DNA of 34,875 nucleotides from a virus (Duplodnaviria; Heunggongvirae; Uroviricota; Caudoviricetes): IMG/VR virus record IMGVR_UViG_2917413769_000004; one strand, 5' to 3'. Shown piece by piece: positions 25,036 to 33,670 of this stretch (position 1 is its first letter; each line of letters starts with the position of its first letter). The notes under the pieces were generated by a model. It saw only the letters and a program-made list of their open reading frames with translations, ran no database searches and was not told where the DNA came from. The position numbers and the translations under genes were made by a program.

Positions 25036-25806
25036 ATGAAAGAACAATCTTTGCCCATCGTTCCCTGGATTGGCGGAAAACGTCGTCTGGCGAAGCATAT
25101 TTTACCGTTATTTCCGGCCCATACCTGCTATGTGGAGCCATTCTGCGGAGCAGCTGCGCTTTATTTTCTTAAGACACCCAGCAAGATCGAAGTCATTAAC
25201 GATATCAACGGTGATCTGGTGAATCTGTATCGGGTGGTAAAACATCACCTGGAAGAGTTTGTCCGCCAGTTCAAATGGGCACTGGTCAGCCGTCAGATTT
25301 ACAAATGGCTACAGGATACGCCGGAAGAGACACTCACCGACATTCAGCGGGCGGCCCGGTTCTACTACCTGCAGAAACAGGCGTTTGGCGGTAAGGTCGC
25401 CGATCACACATTCGGTACCTCTACAACCAGTGCGCCGCGCTTCAATCTGCTGCGTATTGAAGAAGAACTGTCGATGGCACACCTGCGCCTGTCGAGAACG
25501 CTGATAGAGCATCTGGACTGGCACCAGTGCATAGAGCGATATGATCGCCCACATACGCTGTTCTACTGTGACCCACCGTACTGGGGAACGGAAGGCTATG
25601 GTGTGGAGTTCGGGCTGGAAAACTATGATCACATGGCAGATTTAGCGCGAAGGATCAAAGGGAAGATGATTATATCAGTGAACGATATCCCAGAAATGCG
25701 GCAGGCATTCAACGGTCTGAACATGCAGTCGGTTGATATCAGTTACAACCTTAAGCTAGCTGGCAAACCCAGCCCGAAGAAAGAGCTGGTAATTTGTAAT
25801 TTTTGA
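25036..25806 (+). CDS. dam: DNA adenine methyltransferase, Dam family (N6-adenine MTase)
   Basis: 256 aa; FCGAAALYF (AdoMet-binding motif I) and YCDPPYW (catalytic DPPY); N-terminal PWIGGKRRL. Confidence 0.85.
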   Translation: MKEQSLPIVPWIGGKRRLAKHILPLFPAHTCYVEPFCGAAALYFLKTPSKIEVINDINGDLVNLYRVVKHHLEEFVRQFKWALVSRQIYKWLQDTPEETLTDIQRAARFYYLQKQAFGGKVADHTFGTSTTSAPRFNLLRIEEELSMAHLRLSRTLIEHLDWHQCIERYDRPHTLFYCDPPYWGTEGYGVEFGLENYDHMADLARRIKGKMIISVNDIPEMRQAFNGLNMQSVDISYNLKLAGKPSPKKELVICNF

Positions 25807-25823
25807 AAGAGGTAGTTAAAGGT

Positions 25824-25846
25824 GGTGGTGCATCTGCAGCACCACC
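25824..25846. terminator. Candidate bidirectional terminator hairpin between convergent dam and repressor-lipoprotein units
   Basis: ggtggtgc-atctgca-gcaccacc, 8-bp GC-rich stem 18 nt after the dam stop; weak T-tracts on both sides. Confidence 0.35.
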
Positions 25847-26004
25847 TAAACATTTAATCCTGCCTTGGACAAGTCCAATAATCATTATCTGGCTCTGGTG
25901 AATAAGCTTTCAAACAGCCTGCACGCGGGGTCTTACCATCATCTGTCATAGGAACTTTTTCCTTATCAAGTTTCACGGTCAGGTCACCACCGGGAACATC
26001 CGTT

Positions 26005-26382
26005 TTATCGAAAAAAAACAGCCTGACATGCTGATTTAGATATTTTCACTTCGTGGGCATTATTTGATATGAACAAATAACAATTATGACCAGAGGCTAT
26101 GTAGTCACTTGGAATATTATTTTCGTCTTTAATATGAAACTGCACCGTTGTCACCGGGCGTTCGCTATCCTCGGATACTTCGATTTTTTCAAAACTGTCC
26201 GCGTACTTATCCAAGCCGGGGAGTTGTTGGCGAATAAACGGTAATTCGCGATTTACAACCGGATTATCTGTTTCAACGCTAAAAACCGCGTGCTCCTTAG
26301 CTGTGGTTGACGTATCAGCAGGTTCGGTATTATCTCCACACCCAGATAAAACAAATATCAACGGTAAAAATAATTTGCGCAT
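26005..26382 (-). CDS. Lipoprotein, AT-rich gene downstream of and probably co-transcribed with the repressor
   Basis: MRKLFLPLIFVLSGC lipobox signal peptide; markedly lower GC than the surrounding phage; starts about 40 nt after the repressor stop on the same strand. Confidence 0.7.
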   Translation of the reverse strand: MRKLFLPLIFVLSGCGDNTEPADTSTTAKEHAVFSVETDNPVVNRELPFIRQQLPGLDKYADSFEKIEVSEDSERPVTTVQFHIKDENNIPSDYIASGHNCYLFISNNAHEVKISKSACQAVFFR

Positions 26383-26423
26383 AGTCATGTCCTTATACCT
26401 CTAATGTTCTTAATAGGAACAGA

Positions 26424-26834
26424 TTAACCCGTATTTTTTAATCTCTCGAACGCTGCGGACAGCTCCTTAAGCTGTTTTTCCATATCAATCATTCGCTGTT
26501 TTTCCTCAGCGCCTCGCAGCAACTCTTTTCGTACCTCTGGCTCCAGTTGGTTGAGCAGCTCCAATAACTTCAGATCAGACTGGTTGAAATGCTGCTCCTG
26601 ATTAGCTGGCTGTGCTTTCTCTACCCCAACAGCTTCCCCTTTACCAGTAAGTAGCCAATCTATTGATATGTTCAAATGGGTGCTTAGCGCAACAAGAGCC
26701 TCTGCATTAGGTTCTCTTTCTCCACGCAGATAGTTTTGAAGTGAGCGATATGGAATTTTTGATAAGTCTGACAATGCTTTTATTGTCAATTCCTTAGCAT
26801 CCATCGCTTCGCGCAATCTCTCTTTTATACTCAT
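26424..26834 (-). CDS. Prophage repressor candidate, XRE/cI-type HTH with C-terminal coiled coil
   Basis: Start at MSIKERLREAMDAKELTIKALSDLSKIPYRSLQNYLRGEREPNAEALVALSTHLNISIDWLLTG (HTH); divergent from the early operon. The longer ORF-track version would cross the early promoter. Confidence 0.7.
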   Translation of the reverse strand: MSIKERLREAMDAKELTIKALSDLSKIPYRSLQNYLRGEREPNAEALVALSTHLNISIDWLLTGKGEAVGVEKAQPANQEQHFNQSDLKLLELLNQLEPEVRKELLRGAEEKQRMIDMEKQLKELSAAFERLKNTG

Positions 26835-26850
26835 TTGAACATATCTCAAT

Positions 26851-26878
26851 TTGACATACCCGTTTGGGTGCGTACAAT
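26851..26878 (+). promoter_or_regulatory. Early promoter candidate (sigma70-like), within the repressor/ner divergent control region
   Basis: TTGACA (26851-26856), 16-nt spacer, TACAAT (26873-26878); 45 nt upstream of the ner-like ATG; ACCCAA-type repeats nearby. Confidence 0.55.
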
Positions 26879-26922
26879 AGACCCAATAGAGTACATCATA
26901 ACCCAACAGGAACACGGTGCAT

Positions 26923-27147
26923 ATGAACAAACAACAAGTTCGGGCACGGCTGGTTGAAAGAGGCAGTAGCTTGCGCCAGTTCGCGCTTAACGCGGGCTAT
27001 GAGCCACGAACAGTTACCCAGGCTGTCAGCCGCTGGGCAGGCAAAAGCGAACTTCCACGCGGTCGTTTGACTTATCGGATTCTACGAGACCTTTCGGTCG
27101 CAATAGGCAAAGAAGTTACCCCCGGCATCCTCAAGGAGGCGTCATGA
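26923..27147 (+). CDS. ner: Ner-like DNA-binding protein
   Basis: 74 aa; first gene of the early operon, divergent from the repressor; AGGA 11 nt upstream of the ATG at 26923. Confidence 0.65.
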   Translation: MNKQQVRARLVERGSSLRQFALNAGYEPRTVTQAVSRWAGKSELPRGRLTYRILRDLSVAIGKEVTPGILKEAS

Positions 27148-27449
27148 GTAAACCAAATACATCAAGCTCAGGTACCCGTATTTTGCGTGTCCTTAAGGCT
27201 TTACGCGGTCACGCTCTGAACGGTGTTTCTAACGGTGAACTGGCATCGGCTCTGGGCGAGTCACCGGCGAATATCAATCGTGCGCTCAATACCCTTATCG
27301 AAGAAGGACTGGCCCTGAAACTGGATAACGGACGTTTTGCTCCTGGAGTCCAGCTCTTACAAATCGCCATGGCGCACAGTACCGAAATGGCGCGGGCACA
27401 GGATCGTATTAATGAAATCAACCAGCGCGTTATGGCTGGCAGTCGCTAA
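27144..27449 (+). CDS. Winged-HTH transcriptional regulator (IclR/MarR-like N-terminal HTH)
   Basis: 101 aa; RILRVLKAL...GVSNGELASALGESPANINRALNTLIEEGLA. Confidence 0.55.
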   Translation: MSKPNTSSSGTRILRVLKALRGHALNGVSNGELASALGESPANINRALNTLIEEGLALKLDNGRFAPGVQLLQIAMAHSTEMARAQDRINEINQRVMAGSR

Positions 27450-27458
27450 GGAGTTGAA

Positions 27459-28370
27459 ATGGGACGCACAAAATCACAACCAGCTGAACTAATGGAAGAC
27501 GCACCGCTGAGTGATGGCCTCAACGTTAGTCTTAATGCCATGACCGAACATCGCCTCGAAATCATGCAGCAGTTTGGTGATGGGCTGCCGTATGAACGCG
27601 ATCGTATTGTCCATGAAACTCGTTTTTACATGGCTCAGAGTGCAGAAGCCATGCTGGAGGCGGGTAAGCGACTGGTAATTCTCAAGGAGAATGAACCTCA
27701 CGGCGATTTTATAAATATTCTCGAAAATGACCTCGGCCTTGAGCCGCGCGTCGCACGCCGCATGATGCAGGCCAGTGTGAAATTTTTGGGTAATGGCGAT
27801 CAAAATTCAAAACGGACAGCGCTGACCGTTTTAGGTAAGACCAAGTTGTATGAACTGATGGTTCTGGATGACGAAGAACTCGACGCATTAGCTGATGGTG
27901 GAACCGTCGCCGGGGCAACGCTTGATGATATTGATCGCATGACCAGCCGCGAACTGAAGGCCGCCCTACGCGAAGCCCGTGAAACCAACGCAGCACAACA
28001 GCGCGTACTCGCCGACAAAAACGAAAAAATCGACTCGCTTTCCACAAAACTGGAGAAGAAATCCCGTATCCAGCCGCCCAAGCCTGACGAAGAGGTGAAG
28101 AAGCTGCGTGCGGAAGTTACAGCGTTAGCGGTTGAGGCGGAATCTGCCATCGCCGTTCGCTTGTCCAGCGCCTTTGAGACCCTGTGCGCATACTGTGCTG
28201 AAAACATGATTGATACCCCCAGAGACTTTATGGCCGGTCTGGTCTGCCAGCTGGAAAGCTCCGCGCGTAGCCTGCGCTCCACATTTGACCTGCCGGACGA
28301 GCCGACAGGCAACGCAGCCCCTTCATGGCTGACTGACCCGACGCCAGAGATTAACGGGCAGGAGGCATAA
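27459..28370 (+). CDS. Hypothetical early protein (303 aa, acidic, coiled-coil rich)
   Basis: Operon position immediately upstream of the transposase gene. Confidence 0.5.
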   Translation: MGRTKSQPAELMEDAPLSDGLNVSLNAMTEHRLEIMQQFGDGLPYERDRIVHETRFYMAQSAEAMLEAGKRLVILKENEPHGDFINILENDLGLEPRVARRMMQASVKFLGNGDQNSKRTALTVLGKTKLYELMVLDDEELDALADGGTVAGATLDDIDRMTSRELKAALREARETNAAQQRVLADKNEKIDSLSTKLEKKSRIQPPKPDEEVKKLRAEVTALAVEAESAIAVRLSSAFETLCAYCAENMIDTPRDFMAGLVCQLESSARSLRSTFDLPDEPTGNAAPSWLTDPTPEINGQEA

Positions 28371-28373
28371 CCC

Positions 28374-30143
28374 ATGAGTGCCGCCCTGACTGAACGACTG
28401 GTTTATGTTGCCCGCGCGGCACGTGACGCGGGGCATGGTAAGCGTGGTGCGATATATGATGCCGCCTGCGCCGAACTGGGCATGTCCCGCGCCACCCTGC
28501 TGCGCAAGCTGAAGGAGGTATCAGTGACTGACAAACGTAAAAAACGCGCCGATGCCGGGCGCAGTGCCCTGAGCCGCGACGAAGCCGCGCTGATATCTGC
28601 CACGCTGCGCGAGGCCACCCGTAAGAACGGTAAGCGCCTGTATTCCATCGCGGATGCGGTGGAGACCCTGCGGTCAAACGGCTTTATCATTGCTGGCAGA
28701 ACGGACGAGGCCACAGGCGAGTTTTTCCCGCTGTCCGAGGACACCATCAGCCGCGCCCTGCGGAACTATGGTCTGCACCCGGAACAGCTTGACGCACCGG
28801 CCCCGTCGTCCGAGATGGCCAGCCTGCATCCCAATCACGTCTGGGAGATTGATGCCTCACTTTGTACGCTTTACTACCTGAGCAACGGCCATAAAGGGCT
28901 GCAGGTGATGGACAGCGCGAAGTTCTACAAGAACAAGCCTGCCAACATCGCCCGCATCGCCAGTGACCGCGTGTGGAGTTACGAGATTACCGACCATACC
29001 AGCGGCTGGATTTACGTTGAGTACGTGATGGGTGCGGAATCTGGTGAGAACCTCTGTTCTGTACTTATCAACGCCATGCAGGAGCGCGGCGGCGCGGACG
29101 TGCTGCACGGCGTGCCGAAAATACTCTACCTTGATCCCGGTTCGGCGAACACCGCTGGCATGACGAAAAACATGTGCCGCTCGCTGGGCATCAATCTGAT
29201 AGCGCACAAGCCGCATAACGCCCGCGCCACCGGGCAGGTGGAAAAGGCCCGTGACATTATCGAACGCAAACTGGAGCCGGGTCTCAAATTCCAGCCGGTT
29301 CATAGCCTGGACGAACTGAACGCGCTGGCGGTGAAATGGCGCAGCCACTTTAACGCCACGGCGGTCCACAGCCGCCACGGTAAAACCCGCACGGATATCT
29401 GGCTGAAGATTACTGCTGACCAGCTGAAAAAAGCGCCATCCGTTGAGGTTTGCCGCGAACTGGCGGTGGCCGCACCGGAACTCCGCAAGGTCACATCAAA
29501 ACTGCGTGTCTCGTTCCGGGGCGCTGAGTTTGATGTTTCGACAGTACCGGGCGTACTGGTCGGCGAAAAACTGATGATTACCCGTAACCCGTGGCGCAGC
29601 GATGTGGCGCAGGTGGTGCTGACCGGTGAGGACGGTCACGAGACGTTCTTCCTGGTCGAGGAGGTCAGAAAGAACGAGTTCGGCTTTGCCGAAAGCGCGG
29701 CGGTATTTGGCGAAAGCTACAAAGCCCTGCCGGAGACCCCGGCGCAGACGGCTGCAAAAGAAATCGAAGAGCTGGTCACGGGCACCGATAACGCCGCCGA
29801 TGCAGCTGCTGCACGCAAGGCGAAGGCGCTGCCGTTCGGCGGGCGACTTGACCCGTACAAACATATCGACGACACCACGCTTCCGGCCTATATGCCGAAG
29901 CGCGGTCAGGCTTCAGACGTGCGCGGGCCGCGTATTGAGCAGCGTCCGCTGACCCATGTGGAGGCCGCGAAAGCCCTGCGCGAGAAGTTCAGCGTTAACG
30001 GCCACATCTGGACGCCGGAACATTACCGCCAGTTAACGGCGCAGTACCCGGATGGCGTACCGGAAGCCACGCTGGATGAGGTCATGGTCACCCTGACCAC
30101 TCCGGCCCGCAACAGCGTTATCAGCATCGTTAACGGTAACTGA
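28374..30143 (+). CDS. DDE transposase (rve/integrase-core type), Mu A functional equivalent
   Basis: 589 aa; candidate DDE triad in HVWEIDASLC, ILYLDPGSANT and HKPHNARATGQVEKA with DD(35)E-like spacing; followed by an AAA+ ATPase gene. Confidence 0.85.
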   Translation: MSAALTERLVYVARAARDAGHGKRGAIYDAACAELGMSRATLLRKLKEVSVTDKRKKRADAGRSALSRDEAALISATLREATRKNGKRLYSIADAVETLRSNGFIIAGRTDEATGEFFPLSEDTISRALRNYGLHPEQLDAPAPSSEMASLHPNHVWEIDASLCTLYYLSNGHKGLQVMDSAKFYKNKPANIARIASDRVWSYEITDHTSGWIYVEYVMGAESGENLCSVLINAMQERGGADVLHGVPKILYLDPGSANTAGMTKNMCRSLGINLIAHKPHNARATGQVEKARDIIERKLEPGLKFQPVHSLDELNALAVKWRSHFNATAVHSRHGKTRTDIWLKITADQLKKAPSVEVCRELAVAAPELRKVTSKLRVSFRGAEFDVSTVPGVLVGEKLMITRNPWRSDVAQVVLTGEDGHETFFLVEEVRKNEFGFAESAAVFGESYKALPETPAQTAAKEIEELVTGTDNAADAAAARKAKALPFGGRLDPYKHIDDTTLPAYMPKRGQASDVRGPRIEQRPLTHVEAAKALREKFSVNGHIWTPEHYRQLTAQYPDGVPEATLDEVMVTLTTPARNSVISIVNGN

Positions 30144-30153
30144 GGAGGAAGGC

Positions 30154-31320
30154 ATGCTGGTACTGAAGCAACAACTGAAAGAGGCCCGCATCCCGCAGGC
30201 GGTGGTGGCAAGAGCCGTCGCCGTTTCCGAGGCCACGCTGGCCCAGATTGTGAACCATAACGAGTGGCCCCGCACCAGCACGGAGGAGGTGCGCCAGCGT
30301 CTGGCGTTATATCTGGAAAGTCAGGGGATTGATACAGCGAAGAGTTTTGATGCTGTACAGGGCGCTGTCACGCCCCGTACAGCGGGTACTACCGATAAAA
30401 CCAACCTCAGTGAGGAAGAGAACATGTTACTCAAAAAGCAGGTGTTATTTCCAGCAACTAAAAAAGCGTTTGGCCTTTTCCGTGACCCGTTCGCCGATGA
30501 AGCTATGCAGGGCGCGGACGATGTGTTCACCACGCCGGATATCCGCTACGTGCGTGAGGCGCTGTTCCAGACTGCCCGCCACGGTGGCTTTCTGGCGGTT
30601 ATCGGCGAGTCCGGCGCGGGTAAATCCACGCTGCGCCGCGACCTGATTGAACGCGTTAACCGTGAGAACGCGCCGGTGATTGTCATAGAGCCATACATCA
30701 TCGCCATGGAAGACAATGATGTGAAGGGCAAAACCCTCAAGGCGGCAGCTATCGCCGAAGCCATCATCAGCAGCATAGCGCCACTGGAGAGCATCAAACG
30801 CAGCCAGGACGCCCGTTTCCGCCAGCTGCACCGCGTTCTGAAGGACAGCAGCCAGGCGGGTTTCAGCCATGTTCTGGTGATTGAGGAGGCCCACAGTCTG
30901 CCCATTCCGACACTGAAGCACCTTAAACGCTTCTTTGAACTGGAGTCCGGCTTCAAAAAGCTGCTGTCCATCGTGCTGATTGGCCAGCCTGAGCTGGCGG
31001 ACAAACTGTCCGAACGCAACATGGAAGTCCGTGAGGTCGTCCAGCGCTGCGAGGTGGTTGAACTCCTGCCGCTGGACAACAGCCTCGAAGAGTTTCTGAC
31101 GTTCAAGCTGCAACGCGCCGGTAAGCAACTCGCCGACATCATGGACGCCAGCGCAGTGGAGGCCATCCGCGCCCGCCTGAGTAATCTGGGCAGTAACCGA
31201 AAAAGCATGGTCAGCCTGCTGTATCCGCTGGCCGTCAGTAACCTGGTGATAGCTGCCATGAATCTGGCTGCTGAAATCGGGGTTCCGCAGGTCAACGCCG
31301 ACGTCGTCAAAGGGGTTTAA
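30154..31320 (+). CDS. Transposition ATPase, AAA+ (Mu B / TniB-like)
   Basis: 388 aa; Walker A GESGAGKST and Walker B-like VLVIEEAHSL. Confidence 0.85.
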   Translation: MLVLKQQLKEARIPQAVVARAVAVSEATLAQIVNHNEWPRTSTEEVRQRLALYLESQGIDTAKSFDAVQGAVTPRTAGTTDKTNLSEEENMLLKKQVLFPATKKAFGLFRDPFADEAMQGADDVFTTPDIRYVREALFQTARHGGFLAVIGESGAGKSTLRRDLIERVNRENAPVIVIEPYIIAMEDNDVKGKTLKAAAIAEAIISSIAPLESIKRSQDARFRQLHRVLKDSSQAGFSHVLVIEEAHSLPIPTLKHLKRFFELESGFKKLLSIVLIGQPELADKLSERNMEVREVVQRCEVVELLPLDNSLEEFLTFKLQRAGKQLADIMDASAVEAIRARLSNLGSNRKSMVSLLYPLAVSNLVIAAMNLAAEIGVPQVNADVVKGV

Positions 31321-31322
31321 TC

Positions 31323-31592
31323 ATGAAATCCATCGCCGATATCAACCAGCAAATGAGCAAGGTGCAGTCCGCCATTATGGCGCTCAACGCCATGAACACC
31401 ACCGTGCAGAGCGTCATGATTGCGGGCAGTAAGCCGGTTATCCGTATCGCCCGCAACGGGCACTGTGCCCGTCTGCTGGAGCAGGGCAAAGCGAGTTATA
31501 CCCATGTTGGCCATGACGGCTCAGGGCGCTTTCGTCAGGGCGTCTTTGAGTTGCATGGCTGCCGTATTACCTGGTCAGAGTCATTACATTAA
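31323..31592 (+). CDS. Hypothetical small early protein (89 aa; Mu kil-equivalent position)
   Basis: Immediately follows the ATPase gene. Confidence 0.45.
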   Translation: MKSIADINQQMSKVQSAIMALNAMNTTVQSVMIAGSKPVIRIARNGHCARLLEQGKASYTHVGHDGSGRFRQGVFELHGCRITWSESLH

Positions 31593-31609
31593 CCATAAGG
31601 TGAACAGAG

Positions 31610-32221
31610 ATGAGCGAAGTAAATAAAGAAGACTACATGAAAGACCGCAAGGGGCGTCTGGTGCCGGTTGACCAGGTGTCTGACTATGACCTTGCGATGG
31701 ATTCTTTCGTTAAAGAACAGGTTGCCGCCGCGAAAGTTAAACGCGATGAACTCAGCGACTTCAAGCGTCGTGCCTTTGACGAGTGCTATGCCTGGCTTGA
31801 CCTTGTGGCCGAGAAGTACGGCAGAACGCGTGGCGGTGCCAAAGGCAACGTGACCTTCAGCAGCTTCGACGGTGCTCAGCAGATCACCATCCGCGTGCAG
31901 GAAACCCTGACCTTCGGGCCAGAGCTGCAGATTGCCAAAGATCTGATAGACGAGTGCGTCACCGAGTGGTCGGAAGGCGCAAACGCCAACCTGCGGGCCA
32001 TCATCAGCGATGCTTTCCAGGTGGACAAAGAGGGCCAGCTTAATACCGGACGTATTCTTTCCCTGCGCCGCGTCAAGATTCAGGACGAGCGCTGGAACCG
32101 TGCTATGGAGGCCATATCGGAATCACTGCAGGTAGCAATGTCCAAAACCTATATTAATTTCCGGGAGAAAGATAAACACGGGAAGCTAATTAATATTCCG
32201 TTAGATATCGCTGCCATTTAA
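31610..32221 (+). CDS. Conserved Mu-like prophage early protein (203 aa)
   Basis: Sequence type recalled from Mu-like prophage early regions; function unknown. Confidence 0.55.
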   Translation: MSEVNKEDYMKDRKGRLVPVDQVSDYDLAMDSFVKEQVAAAKVKRDELSDFKRRAFDECYAWLDLVAEKYGRTRGGAKGNVTFSSFDGAQQITIRVQETLTFGPELQIAKDLIDECVTEWSEGANANLRAIISDAFQVDKEGQLNTGRILSLRRVKIQDERWNRAMEAISESLQVAMSKTYINFREKDKHGKLINIPLDIAAI

Positions 32222-32300
32222 TTTTAATTCAATTTCTTTTTTATTTCGGCGTCAGTGCCGTGGGCTTCTGCACGCCGAAAACAGCATTGAGGAATAAATC

Positions 32301-32489
32301 ATGTCCATCAAATGTTCCAACTGTAAGAAAGGTATCACCACCCTGAAGTTCAGCGACGCCAGCGTCATTATCTCTGGCAAATACCATGTGCCAGCCGTCC
32401 TCATCACGCTGGTATGCCCTCACTGCAGCCAGCATTACTACACCGAAGTTCCGGCCATGGAGTTCATCCCCTGCGAGGCAAAAAAATGA
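32301..32489 (+). CDS. com: Com-like C4 zinc-ribbon protein (62 aa)
   Basis: MSIKCSNCKKGI...CPHC: CxxC...CxxC; N-terminus closely resembles Mu Com as I recall it (MKSIRCKNCNK...); stop overlaps the next start (ATGA). Confidence 0.5.
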   Translation: MSIKCSNCKKGITTLKFSDASVIISGKYHVPAVLITLVCPHCSQHYYTEVPAMEFIPCEAKK

Positions 32490-32782
32490 AAGGCATGAAA
32501 TTATATAACCGCTCCACTATATACAATCTGGCCCTGAAAACCTTTGGCCCTGAAGCACAGGCGCTAAAGCTGATGGAAGAAGCCGCCGAGCTGGCCGCTG
32601 CTGCCGCCCGCAACATGAACGGACTGGGCAGTGAAGTTGATCTGGCTGGCGAACTGGCTGACGTTGAAATCATGATTGAACAGTTCCGCCTCAACGGGAT
32701 GGGCCTGATGATTGATTTTCATAAGCAGAAAAAGCTGGAACGCCTTGCCGAACGCCTGGGGGTGACTTATGCCGCAGAATAA
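32486..32782 (+). CDS. Small MazG-like all-alpha NTP pyrophosphohydrolase candidate (98 aa)
   Basis: LMEEAAELAAAA and ELADVEIMIEQF (EExxE / ExxD-type motifs). Confidence 0.45.
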   Translation: MKGMKLYNRSTIYNLALKTFGPEAQALKLMEEAAELAAAAARNMNGLGSEVDLAGELADVEIMIEQFRLNGMGLMIDFHKQKKLERLAERLGVTYAAE

Positions 32783-33458
32783 TGAAAAGCTGCTGGAGAA
32801 GTTAAAAAAGCTACTTGCGCTGGCTAAATCCGATAACCCCCATGAAGCGGCACTGGCACTGCAACGCGCCCAGAAACTGATGCAAGCCTATAACATCACC
32901 CAGGCTGACCTCGCACTCAGTGATATTGATGAAAGCGTCAGTAACTACTGGGCTGCAGGTAGCGTTAATCCGCCGCGTTACATGCTGGGTCTGCTGGACA
33001 TTATCCAGGTGGCATTTGGCGTTAAGTCTATTATTCACTCCGGCTTTAAACCCAGCGTTGGCTTTTACGGTAATAAAGACCGGGTTGAACTGGCCTCATA
33101 TACATGGGAGGTACTGGCCAGACAATTAATCATGGCCCGTAAAAACTATATTCGACAGCAGAATAAAAGGATCAAAAACACGACCAAGACCAGCCGTGGT
33201 GACAAATTTGCCGAAGGGTGGGTTCTGGCCGTGCGTAGCGAGGTTCATTTATTTGCTATGTCCCGCGAAGAACGGGAGCTGGCAAGCCTCTGGCTTGAAC
33301 AAAAATACCCTGATTCAGGAACAACCTCTGGCCGCAAAGCCGGTAAATCCCGTGACGCGGACATGTCCCGCCACATCGGTTACAGAGAGGGAGAAAACGT
33401 CCGCCTGCATCAGCCTGTCAGCGGGCAGGAACAGCGGAAGCTGGGGAGTAGCTTATGA
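32769..33458 (+). CDS. Conserved Mu-like early protein (229 aa)
   Basis: N-terminus KLLEKLKKLLALAKSDNPHEAALALQRAQKLM is a helical motif recalled from Mu-like prophage proteins. Confidence 0.55.
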   Translation: MPQNNEKLLEKLKKLLALAKSDNPHEAALALQRAQKLMQAYNITQADLALSDIDESVSNYWAAGSVNPPRYMLGLLDIIQVAFGVKSIIHSGFKPSVGFYGNKDRVELASYTWEVLARQLIMARKNYIRQQNKRIKNTTKTSRGDKFAEGWVLAVRSEVHLFAMSREERELASLWLEQKYPDSGTTSGRKAGKSRDADMSRHIGYREGENVRLHQPVSGQEQRKLGSSL

Positions 33459-33670
33459 TGGCTGAATCTATTGTATGTGCCCTGTTCTGGTATGGTCTCG
33501 TGGGGTGGTGTACCGCTGAACTGCATCGCCGCTCAGGGTTTTACTCACGTTACAGCGGTGCCGGACACTGGATCAGTTGGGCCGTTATGTTCCTGTGCTG
33601 GCCTGTAGCGCTTCCTTTATATGTCGATTATATCGGTGGCGCAGGTAAAAGGAGCGGCGATGATGACTAG
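33455..33670 (+). CDS. Small membrane protein (two predicted TM)
   Basis: 71 aa; translationally coupled to neighbours. Confidence 0.45.
   Translation: MMAESIVCALFWYGLVGWCTAELHRRSGFYSRYSGAGHWISWAVMFLCWPVALPLYVDYIGGAGKRSGDDD

Noticed and set aside
25854-25949. 31-codon minus-strand ORF (MTDDGKTPRAGCLKAYSPEPDNDYWTCPRQD) with AAGGA RBS downstream of the lipoprotein gene
   Set aside because: Too short and unconserved to call from sequence alone; it overlaps the candidate terminator hairpin. Ribosome profiling or conservation could revive it.
26835-26930. N-terminal extension of the repressor ORF (MFICTVFLLGYDVLYWVYCTHPNGYVKLRYVQ)
   Set aside because: Would read through the divergent early promoter and the ner start; the HTH domain begins at the internal Met at 26834.
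30445-31310. Two long minus-strand ORFs (227 and 254 aa) inside the AAA+ ATPase gene
   Set aside because: Antisense to a gene with clear Walker A/B motifs; no independent support. The same applies to other antisense ORFs in the track (e.g. 28857-29378, 5614-6168, 3672-4145, 8000-8464, 16848-17270, 22748-23581).
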